This document shows, one piece after another, positions 1 to 11,802 of a stretch of 64,000 nucleotides of DNA. The stretch's first letter is position 1. Each line of letters opens with the position of its first letter. This stretch comes from Bilabrum cf. latius (Eukaryota). The position numbers were made by a program, and so were the translations under genes. The notes beneath the pieces were generated by a model that ran no database searches, was not told the DNA's origin, and saw nothing but the letters and a program-made list of their open reading frames with translations. The stretch is from the NCBI GenBank assembly GCA_965178125.1, contig OZ237741.1, forward strand, positions 1,240,001-1,304,000, in the 5' to 3' direction.

Positions 1-1233
1 GCGTCTGCGTGCGCAGCTTTGGCTGCTGCTACTGGTGCTGTTGGTGCTGCTGCAGCTGATGCCGACGTGTCACTTTCCTCACATTCAGGCATTTTGTCGT
101 GCATCTGTCCGTTCTCCTCCTTGACATCCCCCTTGCCGCTCCCGTTGGCTGCACCCCCTGTCTTGCTACTGCCTGCATCCCCGACCTTGCCCCCCCTCTC
201 CCTTTCTCTCTACCCAACCTCTAGTATCACTCCACTGTGGCCCGTGACAGCATCAAGCTGCCTCTGCAGCCTCGCCACCTCGTGCAGTGCACCCACCAGC
301 TGGGCCTGCGCGGCCTCCGCCTCTCCCCTAGCCGATTGTACCAGCCTTTCCTGTCTCCGCCTCGCCTTTTCACTGGCCTGCGCGTTGCTTTCCCACGCCT
401 CTGTGGCAGCCAGGAGCAGCCGCAGGGTCTGCATGCGCCACGCTTCCTGCCTGTGCCTGTCGCCCATCGCTGTCGCTGCATAGTGTAAGATGCAGGAGTA
501 ACCACTAGGCTTGAGAAAGTACCGAGATAAGCAGGAGTAAACTACAAAAGACAAAGAGGCCATACATACGCGAAAAAGGCAAACACAGATCACATGGTGG
601 TTGCAGGCAGAACACGCGCGGGGCATCAAAGGCCTACCAGTGCCAGTGGTACTGCGCATCATGATCCAGTGGCCTGGTCTCACCGATGGTCTCCCTCGAG
701 AGCTGCATGCACAGAGCGCGGACACCCTGGGTCCACTGCATGGCACGGTCGTGCATCGCTGTGCTTCCCGAGCCAGCCGACGATTGCGAGGCTCTGGAGA
801 CAGCTGAGTAGCTGGGATGGGCTGGAGCTCCAGCTGGTGGGAGCTACGGTGGCACGGGTGGCGTGCTGCCAGTGGCAGTGCCGCCAACTTGCGGCTGCTG
901 GACCTCTTTACGGTATCGTCTGCCTGCCTGCCCCATTCCAAGCATTGGATTCACGTGCAACTTTTCCATTCTACCCGCCTGCGGACTTGAGGACCTTGAG
1001 GCCGAGTGGCTGGGTCCTGGAGATGGCAAGTTGCTTGGTGGGGCGGACGATGCTACAAAGTCGCCCGAAGCACGCCTGCGGCGATTGAGTGGCCTATCAA
1101 TCTTCATGTTGGGACGATCCGCACCAAGGTGTGCCGCTTCCATAGCCCTAGTCCTAGCAGTCCTCTCGTGAGTCTTCCGAGCACGCAAAGCACCCGTCTA
1201 CACATCTGATTTTCCTCTCGAATGCTGCATCAT
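1..1233 (-). CDS. Hypothetical low-complexity/coiled-coil protein, 3' end runs off the window
   Basis: ATG at 1233. The frame is open through TAG at 1198 and 844. A phase-1 intron (donor GTGAGA at 683 or GTATGT at 569, acceptor TGCAG at 476) joins a coiled-coil-like frame (EKARRRQERLVQSARGEAEAAQAQL) that reads through TAG 210 to the window edge. Confidence 0.55.
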
Positions 1234-1420
1234 TCTTGTTAGCCGACGCTATAGTGAGTGAAGAGATGTATCACTGGGGGTTTCCATCAAAAGAAATTCT
1301 GCGTAGCACAGGTAGGGGCTAAGATTTTCGCATTTGCTGATGTTATATAACCGCACGCAACCATATACCTGCGAAATACGGATTCACATCTCATCACAAA
1401 GCTGTCAACCTTATTGCCTA
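1234..1420. promoter_or_regulatory. Short bidirectional promoter region
   Basis: 187-bp AT-richer gap between divergent ATGs at 1233(-) and 1421(+). Confidence 0.45.
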
Positions 1421-1849
1421 ATGGCATCCATACTTCGCAGAATAGCTTCACGGTGTCCTAGACAGCCACTAAAGGTAACCCGGTGGTCATGCCGCTGCAT
1501 CACCACATAGACGCCAGGTGAGCTGCATCTACCTGGAGTTGCAGCGAACGGGGACTACTTATCTGTGACAGTCCGAGTAAAGCCACGCTCGTCTTGTTCT
1601 AGAGTTTCAATAAATGATGCGCTTGGAGTTATTGATATTTGTGTAAAAGAGGAACCCGTGCGGAACAGGGCCAATGATGCCGTGATGAAAGCAGTTGCTC
1701 GTCTGTGCGGCGTGCCAAAGGAGGACGTTGTCTTGATGAGGGGAGCATCGTGTAGGATCAAAACTTTTCGTGTAAATCAGGATCCTGATCGGTGTATCAA
1801 GAAGATCGCCAGCAAGCTGAAGGGAAGAGACAGCCTTTCTAGAATTTGA
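1421..1849 (+). CDS. DUF167/YggU (UPF0235)-like protein with Arg-rich transit-peptide-like leader
   Basis: Unspliced frame from ATG 1421 through TAG 1508 gives LSVTVRVKPRSS...IDICVKEEPVRNRANDAVMKAVARLCGVPKEDVVLMRGASCRIKTF, matching the YggU pattern (V.VKP...PP..G.AN..L...LA..L.VPKS.V.I..G..SR.K). Stop TGA 1847-1849. Confidence 0.7.
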
Positions 1850-2572
1850 GCAGCAAACCGTGCACCGCAAACTTGGGTTCGTATCGCAGCCAACGACATC
1901 AAATTGAATCAGCTTTTGCAGCATGACGACAAGCTTTGGGTGGTAAGACTTGATTGGAGGGGTGTTTTTTCTGCCTTCGCGTGGTCTTCATCCCCAAATG
2001 CATGAACCAAGCAAGCGAGAGCGTACCCCTTCCTGATCGCACAGGTGCGCAAGAGGGAACATGTTAAGCCAGGTAAGGGAGGGGCGTACGTATAGCTAGA
2101 GCTGCAGTCCCTGCGCGGCGACACGAAGACGAACCAGCGGGTCCGCTCCACGGAGACTCTCTCCACGGTCGAGTACGACCAGCGAGCCACATATACGGTC
2201 CTGTACCAAGAGGACCCGGGGGGCGGCATGGACCCCGTCGTGGTGCTCATGCACGAGGAGACCTTCGAGCAGGTGGAGGTGCCCGGGTCCCTGTTTGGAG
2301 GGGACGGTGCGCACCGTTTCGCGCACGACGGGATGCCTGTGATCCTTGGTACGCACGAGGGCGAGGTGGTGCACGTGGACATGCCCAAGATTGGAGAGTA
2401 CGAGGTGGATTTTGCCCCCGAGGTGAGGTCAGACACGAGGGATAAGCAGCCCACCAGGCAGGTCCGGCTGTAGAACGGTGTGACGATTGCCAGGGTCCCG
2501 GCTCACGTGGTGAAGGGAGACAGGGTGCGGATCCACATCGAGGAGAGGAGGTTCGTGGAAAAAGTCAAGTGA
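1421..2572 (+). CDS. efp: Elongation factor P (bacterial/alphaproteobacterial type), probably mitochondrion-targeted; predicted exons 1421-1517, 1854-1942, 2045-2572
   Basis: Spliced product reads RIAANDIKLNQLLQHDDKLWV|VRKREHVKPGKGGAYV[TAG]LELQSL...EETFEQVEV...RQVRL[TAG]NGVTIARVPAHVVKGDRVRIHIEERRFVEKVK-TGA, which carries the EF-P PGKG loop and C-terminal OB-fold motifs. Intron 1943-2044 is GTAAGA..CACAG. The first exon/intron (AG|GTGAGC 1518 to CAG 1853) is inferred. The N-terminus is Arg-rich and lacks acidic residues. Confidence 0.85.
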
Positions 2573-2630
2573 AGGACGGGAGATCTAGAATCTAGAATCG
2601 AATGGTACCAGCGAATGTTAGTGGACTCCT

Positions 2631-2748
2631 TGGAGGAGAGCAGGGAGGCGACAGGTGCAGTGGTCTCTGTGTGTGCCGGGGCAATCCAGTGGAGGAGAGC
2701 AGGGAGGCGACAGGTGCAGTGGTCTCTGTGTGTGCCGGGGGAATCCAG
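2631..2748 (+). repeat. Two tandem 59-bp copies downstream of the EF-P stop
   Basis: TGGAGGAGAGCAGGGAGGCGACAGGTGCAGTGGTCTCTGTGTGTGCCGGGG(C/G)AATCCAG at 2631 and 2690, one mismatch. Confidence 0.95.
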
Positions 2749-3330
2749 CTGCCCCCATCTCGGCACTCATTAATGCACGCCCCCGTATGCCTCACCCGTA
2801 AATGGTCGCGCACTGCATCAGAAGCTTTCGCTCTGGTGTATACCTTGCTGAGTCTGTGGCCGTACCGTGGGGCTTGTGGCGTTGGATGGGACGAACGAAC
2901 GAACATGGCCGGTGTGAGCCTGGATCGGCAGGAGTGGACCACGGGTATCCAATGTATAGCAGGACGGTATGGCTCGTTTCAACCAGCCATGCAACTCGCT
3001 TCCAGCAAGCGAATCGCTGGCTGCCAGCCGGTGGGTGTGTATGCTCGGCTGGAATCGAAGCACATTGCTCGCAAACCAGCCATAATAGGTTGGCATCGTT
3101 GGTTTCATGACTAAAGGTCCGCAGCTCTGCTCGTCGTTGGCATTCCTAGGGGCAGGCCGCCTGATGCAGGCCGTGACCACTCCACCGCGGGCCGAAAAAA
3201 GCCGGAAGAGCGTAGCTCGTTGCGTCAACACTCCAAGAAAACAAGTACTCGGCCCTCCGAAGGCAAATCAACTGTTGTAGGCCAATAATTACGCTTCTAT
3301 TGTGGGAAGAATTAGAATTTCGCACTTACC

Positions 3331-6300
3331 ATGCGACGTGACAGACTGCTGAAGAGGAGTAGAGCCAGAAGCGCTGGGCGTGCAATGGCAGAATCCCGGT
3401 CCCCTCGCGGAATCGCTGCATCTTTGAGGAAGCCAGACGCCAAGAGCGACCGCCTCCACGATGTTGACCATCTCCATAGCATTGTCTTGTATTTGCAAGA
3501 AAGTAAACGTGATTTGGAGGAGCAGCTTCGCAAGAGCAACGAGAGAGGCGACGCAGCTGAGACACGCGCCAGCGAAGCTGATGCAAAGCGGGAAGCCATT
3601 GAAGAGCGCTTGTAGTCGTCTCAAGCCCGCGAGTTGTCTCTGAAAGCGGAAATGCAGGTTAGTTGGGTAATGGAGCAACGTGCGTGCGCTGCAAGGTGTC
3701 AAACGGCAACACAGCTTGACACGCGCACTGTTTGCTATTTAAGGCGCACTATCAATCTTTGTTCGCAGGAGTTACGTTCTGTGCATGATAAAACGTTGTT
3801 CGAGCTGCACCGATAGCTAGGACAGTTGTAGACTGAGCGAGATGAGCTTGCATCGCGATATGAACAAGCAAGTTCATCACAGTCACAGAAAGCCACTACC
3901 ACAGCGCAGTAAGGAGTCCATTGGGCATCGATCTTATTTTACCACCACTCGATTTCAGCGAAGGGGCGCCGCATGTGCCTCTACCTTTCCGTATTCCGCA
4001 GGTTGGAGCAGGAGCGCAAGGTTCTGCTGGCATACGCAGCCGACTTAGAGGAGCAGATTGACGCTTCGCAGCAGAACCAGGTTCAATATGAGCGAAACAC
4101 TGGGGTTTTGCGCATGATGCAGGTGCTGCTGAAGCAGCATCAGGCCGCGGGCAGGGCGGCTCTAAACCGGTGGCGCAGCTTTGCCCTCCATGGTCAGGCC
4201 GGTGACGCATCGCAGCGGGCGCAGCAGGAGCTCGCCAATGCGCAACGCGAGTTGGAATCGAGTAGAAGGAATCTAATTGCTTCCTAGGCTCGCATTTAGT
4301 CGCTGGAAAAGCGCCTGCAGGACGCGAGAGCCCAGCTTGCAGACGCTGACCTCCGTGCAGGACGAGCAGAAGCAGACGCGAGTTCAACAAGACACCGCAT
4401 GCAGGAGGCGGTGTTGACGGCGAGCCGCATGAAGCAAACGCTACGAAATGCAAGCGAGCTTGCCCAGTCTCTGTCTCCCAAGGCAGCAGCGATGTCCGCC
4501 TCTGTGCGACTGGACGCACCCGCCAGCGGTCGCACACCTCTGGTTCGCTCTAGGCTCTCTGCATCGTCCAGCAGCACAGGCAGCGCTTCTAATGCTGATT
4601 TAGAGATGATTGCAGGCGGTACAACCCGAAGTTTGGCGGCGGCGCTGGGCAGGGACGGTGCTGGCGACGATTCAGAGAATGTCCGCGTGGCTGCCGGCCA
4701 GAGTGATCCCGCTCCAACCGCACGCGTAACTGCGCCGTCTCCAACACGATGGGCCGGCGGCGGGTCCGCGCTGGCCGTGCGTTCCAATGGAGAAGCAGCG
4801 CGCTCGCCTGTGGGGGGAGGCCGTGCATTTTCTCCCGCCGCTACGCCAGTGCCCGCAACCAACCATGCACACGACGCCACTGCCGGTGAGCCCATCAGCC
4901 TCGAAGCTGTCGCCACAAGCCTGGCAGAATCCCTCAGCGGAGAGCAAGCGAGGGCAGAAGCGGCGCGAATCGCGCTGCAGGATGCCCGCACCCTCGCTGA
5001 AGAGGCACAGCGCGAGGCACGGCGCTGGAGAGACGCGCACGACCGCAAGGAGATGGCGCTTGCCCGCAGCGAGGCGTCCTTCGAGAAATCGTCGGACGCG
5101 CAGACCTCTCTCCTGCGAGTGCTTGCTGTCCTAAGGGACACGCTGCCCCAGGGGCGCGCCGAGATCGACTCGGCGATTCAGGCCGCGGCGGTGGTGGCCA
5201 AAGACGTGGCAGAGGCAGAGGCGGAGAGGGACGATACGGCAGGCGCCGCTGGGGCGACCGGGAGCACGAGCACCGACGGCAAGGGGAAGTCCTCCGAACC
5301 AGAGCCCCCCAAATCCGGCCTGCAGCTGCTCGAGGAGCTGGCCCGAGGTGCCACGAAGGTGCAGCAGGTCAGGTCCACCCACGGCGCGCGCATGGCGGCC
5401 GAGCTGCGGCACAGGCTTACAGAGTGCCGCGAGGATCTGGCCGCGGCGAGGGAGGCGGAGGATCGCGTGGTCAAGGCCAGGGGGTCGATCCAGGCCGCGC
5501 TCCAGCGGGCGCAGGACCGCGCGGATGCATCGGACCGCCGCGCCCGCCGGCTGGAGGAGGAGGCGGAGGGGCTGCGCGTGCGGTCCCAGGGGCTCGAGGA
5601 AGAGCTACAGGCGAGGGAGGACGCGCTGCGCTTGCTTGAGGAGCGCGCTGAGGAGGCAGACAGGAACGTGCAGGCGCTGCAGCAGGCCGCGAGGGCAAGG
5701 TCTCTGCAGGAGGGCGCGGCCGAGTCGAGGGCAGACAGGCTGGAGGCGGAGCTTGTGGCCGAGCGGGCCATGCGAGGCGCGGGGTCCGACGGTGCATCGC
5801 GAGAAGGCGGGGCTGCGGCGGGGTCGGATGATGCGCGAGTCCATGCAGCGGTGCAGTCGGCGGCCGTGGCGCGCGCAGAGCTGGACGAGCTGCGCGCGAA
5901 ATCAGCCCTGCTAGAGCAGCAGGCGCGATCGGCCGAGCGGGAGAGAGATCAGGCTTAGTCCAGGCTGAAGTCGGTTCGGTCCGAACTGGAGGAGGCGAGG
6001 CGCCAGGGGCAAGAGCGCCTGGAGGCGGTCCGTGGAGACCTCGCGGATGCGGAGGCAAAGGCAGACGAGGCCAAGGCCGTGGCGGCGGGTGCTCGGCACT
6101 CGCTGCAGGTGGAGAGGCGGGCTCGGGTATCCGCCGAGGAGGAGGCGGAGGGTGCCATGCAGCAGGCTAGAGAGGAAGTGGCGCTGGAGATGGAGACCCG
6201 CGCGGAGGAAGCCGAGCTGCGGGCCAAGCAGGCGGAGCGAAGGGCGAGCCAGGCCCAGGACAAGGCCCATGCACTGAAGGAGCAGCTGTCGAACGCCAAA

Positions 6301-9300
6301 AAAGAGGTGGATGACGTGGTGCAGGCGCTGGAGGAGGAGGTGCAGGACGCTGCAGGGGAACGGGACGAAGCCATCGAGCAAGTTAAGCAAGCAGACGAGG
6401 CCAGGGACGAAGCTGTGCGAGAGGCGCGGCAAGCAGAAGAGCTGCTGGCACAGGCTCGCAAGGAGTTGGAGCAGCAGGCACTGGTTCGCGGTGAGGCCGA
6501 GGACTCTTTAAAGAGGGCCAAGAAGGAGCTCAATGATGCGCAGGCGCAGCTGCAGGCCAAGCGCACCGAGGCCGAGGAGCTGTCGAGCACCGCCAAAGAG
6601 CTCAGGGCCGCGGTGGAGGCAGCCGAGGCGCGGGCCGTGGCAGCTGGCCGCGAGGTGGAAGAGCTTCAGGAACGCGCGGCAAGGCTCGATACCGAAGCTA
6701 AGAGCAGCCGCAAGGAGCTCGAGTCCGAGCACGAGGCTCTGGAAGCGGCCCGCGCTCAGCTGCAAGAGGCCAAGGACGATGCCGGCGCGACCCGCAGCGT
6801 GTGCGATGAGGCTGTGGCGGAGCAGCACAGGCTCGAGGAGGTGGTTTTCTAGCTGAAGGAGCAGGTAGAGGCGCTGCAGAAGCAGGTCAAGGACCAGAGC
6901 GAGGCGGCCTTGCAGGAAGCAGATGCGGCGCAGAGCGGCAAGGCTTCGAGTCCTTTGGGCGGCGCTGCCCTGCAGGATGCGGAGGAACGGCTGGAGGCGG
7001 CTCGAGAGCAGCTGGACACAGCCAGACAAGCAGCGAGAGAGGCCGAGGACCGGGCGCAGCAGGCCACTTCGAGGGCCACCGACCTGCAGGCACAGCTATT
7101 CGCGAGATCCTCCGAGGTGGAGGACCTGAAGCAGCGCCTGCAGACAGAGCAGGAGGACAGGGCCGCCACGGTGGTGGCTGCTGCCAGCGCGCGCGCCGCC
7201 GAGCAGGAGAGTCGGGAGGCGATCGACAGGGCGGAGCAGGCCCTCCGCTCCGAGCTGCGGAGGAGAGCAGAAGCGATGCAGCGGCTGGGGAGGCAGCACA
7301 CCGCAGACGTCTGGCTCGCGCCGCAGCCGATGCCGGGACCCGCAGCTGGTGGTGAAAGCAGCGGCGACCGAGACGCTCCCAGCAGCAGCGGAAGGGACGG
7401 CATCGAGCTGTCGGACGCCGCGCCGCACGAAGACCCGAAGCAAGACGATGCCGCTGCTCGCAGTCGTGCGGAGGCTGATTCCGAAGAGCAGCGACTGCTG
7501 CAAGCAGCTCGGCTCATGGCAGACGCTCAGTCCGGCCCCGCCGCGGCCTCGCACGCCGCCGTGGTCGGCTTCCTCACCACTACCATCCAGACTGGCACCA
7601 AAGACCTGGCCGAGGCACGACAGGCTGGCGCGCGCCTGCAGCGGACCGAGCTCGATCTCCGCCGCCGAGTGCAGTTCCTGGAGACGAGGCAGACCGAGCT
7701 GCAGGCGCACCTCGCCATGGCGATGAAGGAGGTGAGTCAGCTCCAGGGAACAGTGGGGGACTGGAAGGCGCGTGCGGGCAGGGTGGCGGTCGCGATGCTG
7801 CCCGCGGCGCGCGCAGCGGCTCAGGCGGCCGAGGGCATGGCCGAGCGGGCGGTCGCGCTCTCCTCTCCGAGGTCGCAGGGGAGCCAGGCCAGCAGCAGCG
7901 GCGATGGTATGGGCGGCCCGCACACCCCCGATCGATCGGGCAGGCACCCCGGGTCCGACTTGTCGGGTGCGTCCCCGCGGGCCCGTCGCATGGCGGCACA
8001 CGCGCAGGAGGTGCGGTACTGCGTGCAGCAGATGTCGCGCTGGGCGCAGCAGTCAAAGGTGGAGGTATCGGCGGCGGTGTCCTCGGGAGATGAGGCGATG
8101 CTGCAGCTCGACCGCACGGAGCTTGAGGGCACGCCCGGCCTGCTGCTGGCAGAGTCCCGGGGTCGCGCCAGGCACGCCCAAGACGCGTTGGAGCTGTGCG
8201 AGGTCACGGTGCGGGCCATGCAGGACGAGCTGTCGCTGGCGAGAGCCGAGGTCACAAGGCTGACGGAGGACGCGGTGGCCCGGGCCAACCAGGCCAACGA
8301 GCTCCACGCGAGGCTGCGGGATGCGGAGGGTGCCTCCGAGGCGCAAAGGCTGCTGGCGGTGGGTCTGCGGGGACACGCGCAGACCCTCCGGTCGCTGGTG
8401 CCGGAACGAGTGCGGCCGCACCTGCCCCCCAGCCCCCAGCTGCGGCCGCTGGCTGCTTCCCACGCCGAGGCTCTAGAGCAGGCCAGGGAACAAGACAGAG
8501 ATGCGGAGTGCGATGGGCCGGATGACCTGGGCGGAGAAGGGGCCGATGGCAGCCGCAGCACAGCTGCGAGTGGGCGTCAAGCCGGGGGCGAGGGCGAGGG
8601 GGAGGGGGAGGAGGAGGAGGGGGCCACCTTGAGCACTGAGAATTTCTAGCGACCGAGCCATGGGCAGCGCGCGGCAAAGCAGCTGAGCGGTGCATGGGCA
8701 TCTGTGCTGGCCCCTGCGGCAGGCGCGGATGCCTCCCCATCGGCCCCTAGTGCAGCCGCTGACCGGGAGAGCCTGGGCACACCCGCCTCCAACAGCTCTA
8801 CGCCGAGTCGGGCCGCTCCGATTGTGCCCGACGCGATCGACGGCGTGCAGGCTGAGGATCGGGGTCACGGGGCGCAGGAGGAGGACGAGGACGGGGAGTA
8901 GGAGGAAATTCTGGAGCTGGGCCAAGAGCTGGCCCGAAGGATGGGCCCCGAGTAGAGTCACCATGAGGCGGCGAGCGACCGAGGAAGCCGAGCGTTGCCC
9001 GCCTATGGATCCCCTGAATCAGGAATCGCCTACTCACAGCAGCAGCAGCAGCAGCAGCAGCGTGGTGACGAGGACGAGACCGCGCACAATAGGCCAGTCG
9101 TGGCCAGCACGCCTGGCAGGACGCCACGACTCGAATCCCCCGCTGATACGCCGCAATCAGCCATCGTGACAGAGCCAGTGCTAGGCCCGGTTCCACCAGC
9201 CGGTAGGGCAGGGACCGGGACGGGGACAGAGGCTGCGGCCATCGGTCACCAGGACGACGACGTCTCAAGCGGTGACTAGCGGATAATTGATCATGGTGTG

Positions 9301-10221
9301 CGCGCAAGGCTGCCCCTTGCACGCGATTCAACGGACACATGGAGCTCTGACAGTACGACAGATTCAATTTCCGCCCCCGGGGTCAACTCGGGGTCGGGAT
9401 CGGGATCAGGGTCAGGATCGGGGCCCACCCCTGGCTCCACTGGGCAGGAGTCCCCTCCCGAGGCTCCCGTGCGGGTGGCTCTGCCGGCGCTGGATACCGC
9501 GAGCGGTTCTGGTTCTGGTTCTGGCTCTAGTTCTGGCTTCAGCAACAGAGGGTCGGGCTCTGGGCATGGCCGGGCATCGTTATTGTCGACAGCCACTGCA
9601 GCAGCGCCGGAGCCTCGCAGCATCCTGAGAGGCTCCCCTAGCTTCATCGCCTAGCGGCAGCAGCAGATAGGCAAGCAGGGGCTCGGCCAGACGCTGCAGT
9701 CTCCACGGAGCCAAGACGGCAAGGAGCACGAGTGGCCAGATGATTCTGAATATGGGGCTGCCAGCGGCTCGGTGGGGGCTGCGCGGCGGCGGGTGAAGTT
9801 CGACGCTGCTGTGCTCCATGCGGCACAGGACAAGGAGCGGACGGAGACAGAGCTCAATTTCATTAGGATCGAGCGGGAGCAGGAGGAGCAAGAGGAGGGG
9901 GCGCGAGCTGGGCAAGAGCAGTACCGAGGGAAAGGCCAATGGCAAGGGCATGGAAACCACGACTCGGACGCGGAGGGCATCAGCGGGGAGGGGCTGGTGG
10001 AGCTGCTGCAGGGGCTCGACACCGAGGCGGTGCAGCAGCTGCAGGAAGCCGTGCGGGGCAGCGCCGGATCCGGGGATGGTGGAGAGGGGGCGAGTGGCGT
10101 GGATGTGGAGCAGCTGCTCGAGCGAGTGTACGCTTCCATTCGGAGTGCGGGTGGCTCGGGCGAGCGGGAGGAGGGGGAGGGCCTGTTACAGGGCCAGGCC
10201 AAGGCCGAGGGTCCTGGGTGA
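3331..10221 (+). CDS. Giant (~2200 aa) coiled-coil protein; predicted introns 3658-3768 and 3909-4001
   Basis: All E/A/R/Q-rich ORF pieces from 3331 to 10221 lie in one frame. They are separated only by TAG (3613, 3814, 3829, 4285, 4297, 5956, 6850, 8647, 8899, 8953, 9277, 9652). Exon 4002-10221 has no TAA/TGA until the terminal TGA. Start may be 3331 or 3385. Confidence 0.85.
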
Positions 10222-10410
10222 GGGCTGGGCAGGTTAGCTGCTGCGCCTGCCGTGTGATTGTTGTTAATGGATAACTGTTTATCGAGTTGATAGCTGGTTC
10301 GTGGCATCCCAGGCTGTAGTTTGGCCCATGCGTTCCGATGTAAAGCTAGCCGCCGAACCATCTCGAAGTCAAGCTGCCGGGGGGGGGGCGCTCACTGCAC
10401 AATCGCAGAA

Positions 10411-11673
10411 ATGCAATTGTCGCATTGGATGAACAAGAATACACATGGATTAATTGCCACTGCCCTTGTCTCAACTTTGGCGTTCGAATTCACCCCCGTC
10501 CATGGTGCCGCCGCAGCTCCGTGCAGAGACCGGTTCTTGGAGCCATTCTTGAACTCTAGCATATGGAACACGGCAATCGGGAGTGCAGCCCAGTACGTAC
10601 CTGCTGGTCTATTCCCAAATGCCAGTGAGGCTCCGAACTCCTTTCACAACGACCAGGATTTCATCGTTCGAGCTACCAGCGATGATCCTCTGTCTGACTG
10701 GATTAGCCAGGGCGATTGGGGCCCGGACCAAAAGTGTGCCATCCAAGGGAAGGGAGACATTGTTGCGCGCATTCCACTGCCGTACGCTTGGACGTCTGCC
10801 TCCGACTGCGACGGGCCACCCAACAACTCGTCGAGCAACTGCAGGTCCAAGGCAGACCAGATGAATAACAACGCGATGGCTTTGCTCCTGCCTGACAACA
10901 AGACACTTGTTCAGATGCAACCGGCCTACAGGTGTGGCTTTGGCAGCCCACTCCTGGCGCGGTGGGGCAACGCGACCGACGGCTGTCCCTAGAGATTTCC
11001 TAACGTCACGAGCATCTTCGGCGATGGCACGTACGGGGCACACGGCGGGTCTGGCCTGTCCAGCATGGGCGGATCTATCCGCCTCGGGGAGCTGCTTCCC
11101 ACCGCCGGCCCCATCTAGCACGCCCTCAAGCTGGAGCTGAACAACAAGTGGTACTACGGGGGGTCTCAGCTGAACCCCCCTACACCGTACAACGGGGCCC
11201 GCACCCAGTACGTGTGGCCGGCCACGGGAAGTAACGCGGGCTACCCCGGATCGGCCTACACGGGTACCAATAGGTACGTCGCCCCCGGGGCGCTGCTGGC
11301 CATCCCGCCCGCGCTGGCGCCTGGGGTCAAGACCAGCACGGTGGTGGGGGCCAAGATCAAGCAGGCTCTCGTGGACTACGGGGGCTACATCGTGGACGGC
11401 TCCGGGCCCCAGCAGCTGCCGCCCAGCAGACAAACGGCCGCCGTGTGCATGGACGCGCTTGTGAATGCCGAGATGAGGAGGGCTTTTGGGTATGCGATGA
11501 CGTACCCTGCCGGGGTGTCGGCGGGGGATGCTCCTGGAGCGGGCAAGGAGCTGTACGAGGACCTGCTGGCCATCTATAGGGCTTTGCATGCGGTCGTGAA
11601 CAATGCCCCGGGGTCGGTGGGGGGTGGAGGTACCCCCCGTGTCCCCACCAAGGGGCCCATCTGCGGGGAGTGA
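10411..11673 (+). CDS. Intronless secreted protein resembling a bacterial uncharacterised family
   Basis: Signal-peptide-like N-terminus. Motifs RDRFLEPFLNSSIWNTAIG, GAHGGSGLSSMGGSIRLGELLP..GPI[TAG]HALKLEL, VWPA, GALLAIPP and ALVDYGGYIVD. In-frame TAG at 10990 and 11116, TGA stop. Start 10411 or 10429. Confidence 0.75.
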
Positions 11674-11802
11674 TTCCATTGCGTTCGGTAGGCTAGCCTT
11701 GCTCGAGCTTGCCTTGCATGCGCCGAGTTGCTAGTCAGACTTTTATATTGCAGTTTTAATGTAATGTTCTAAAACTACTGTGATTACAATTTCGATTAAA
11801 GT

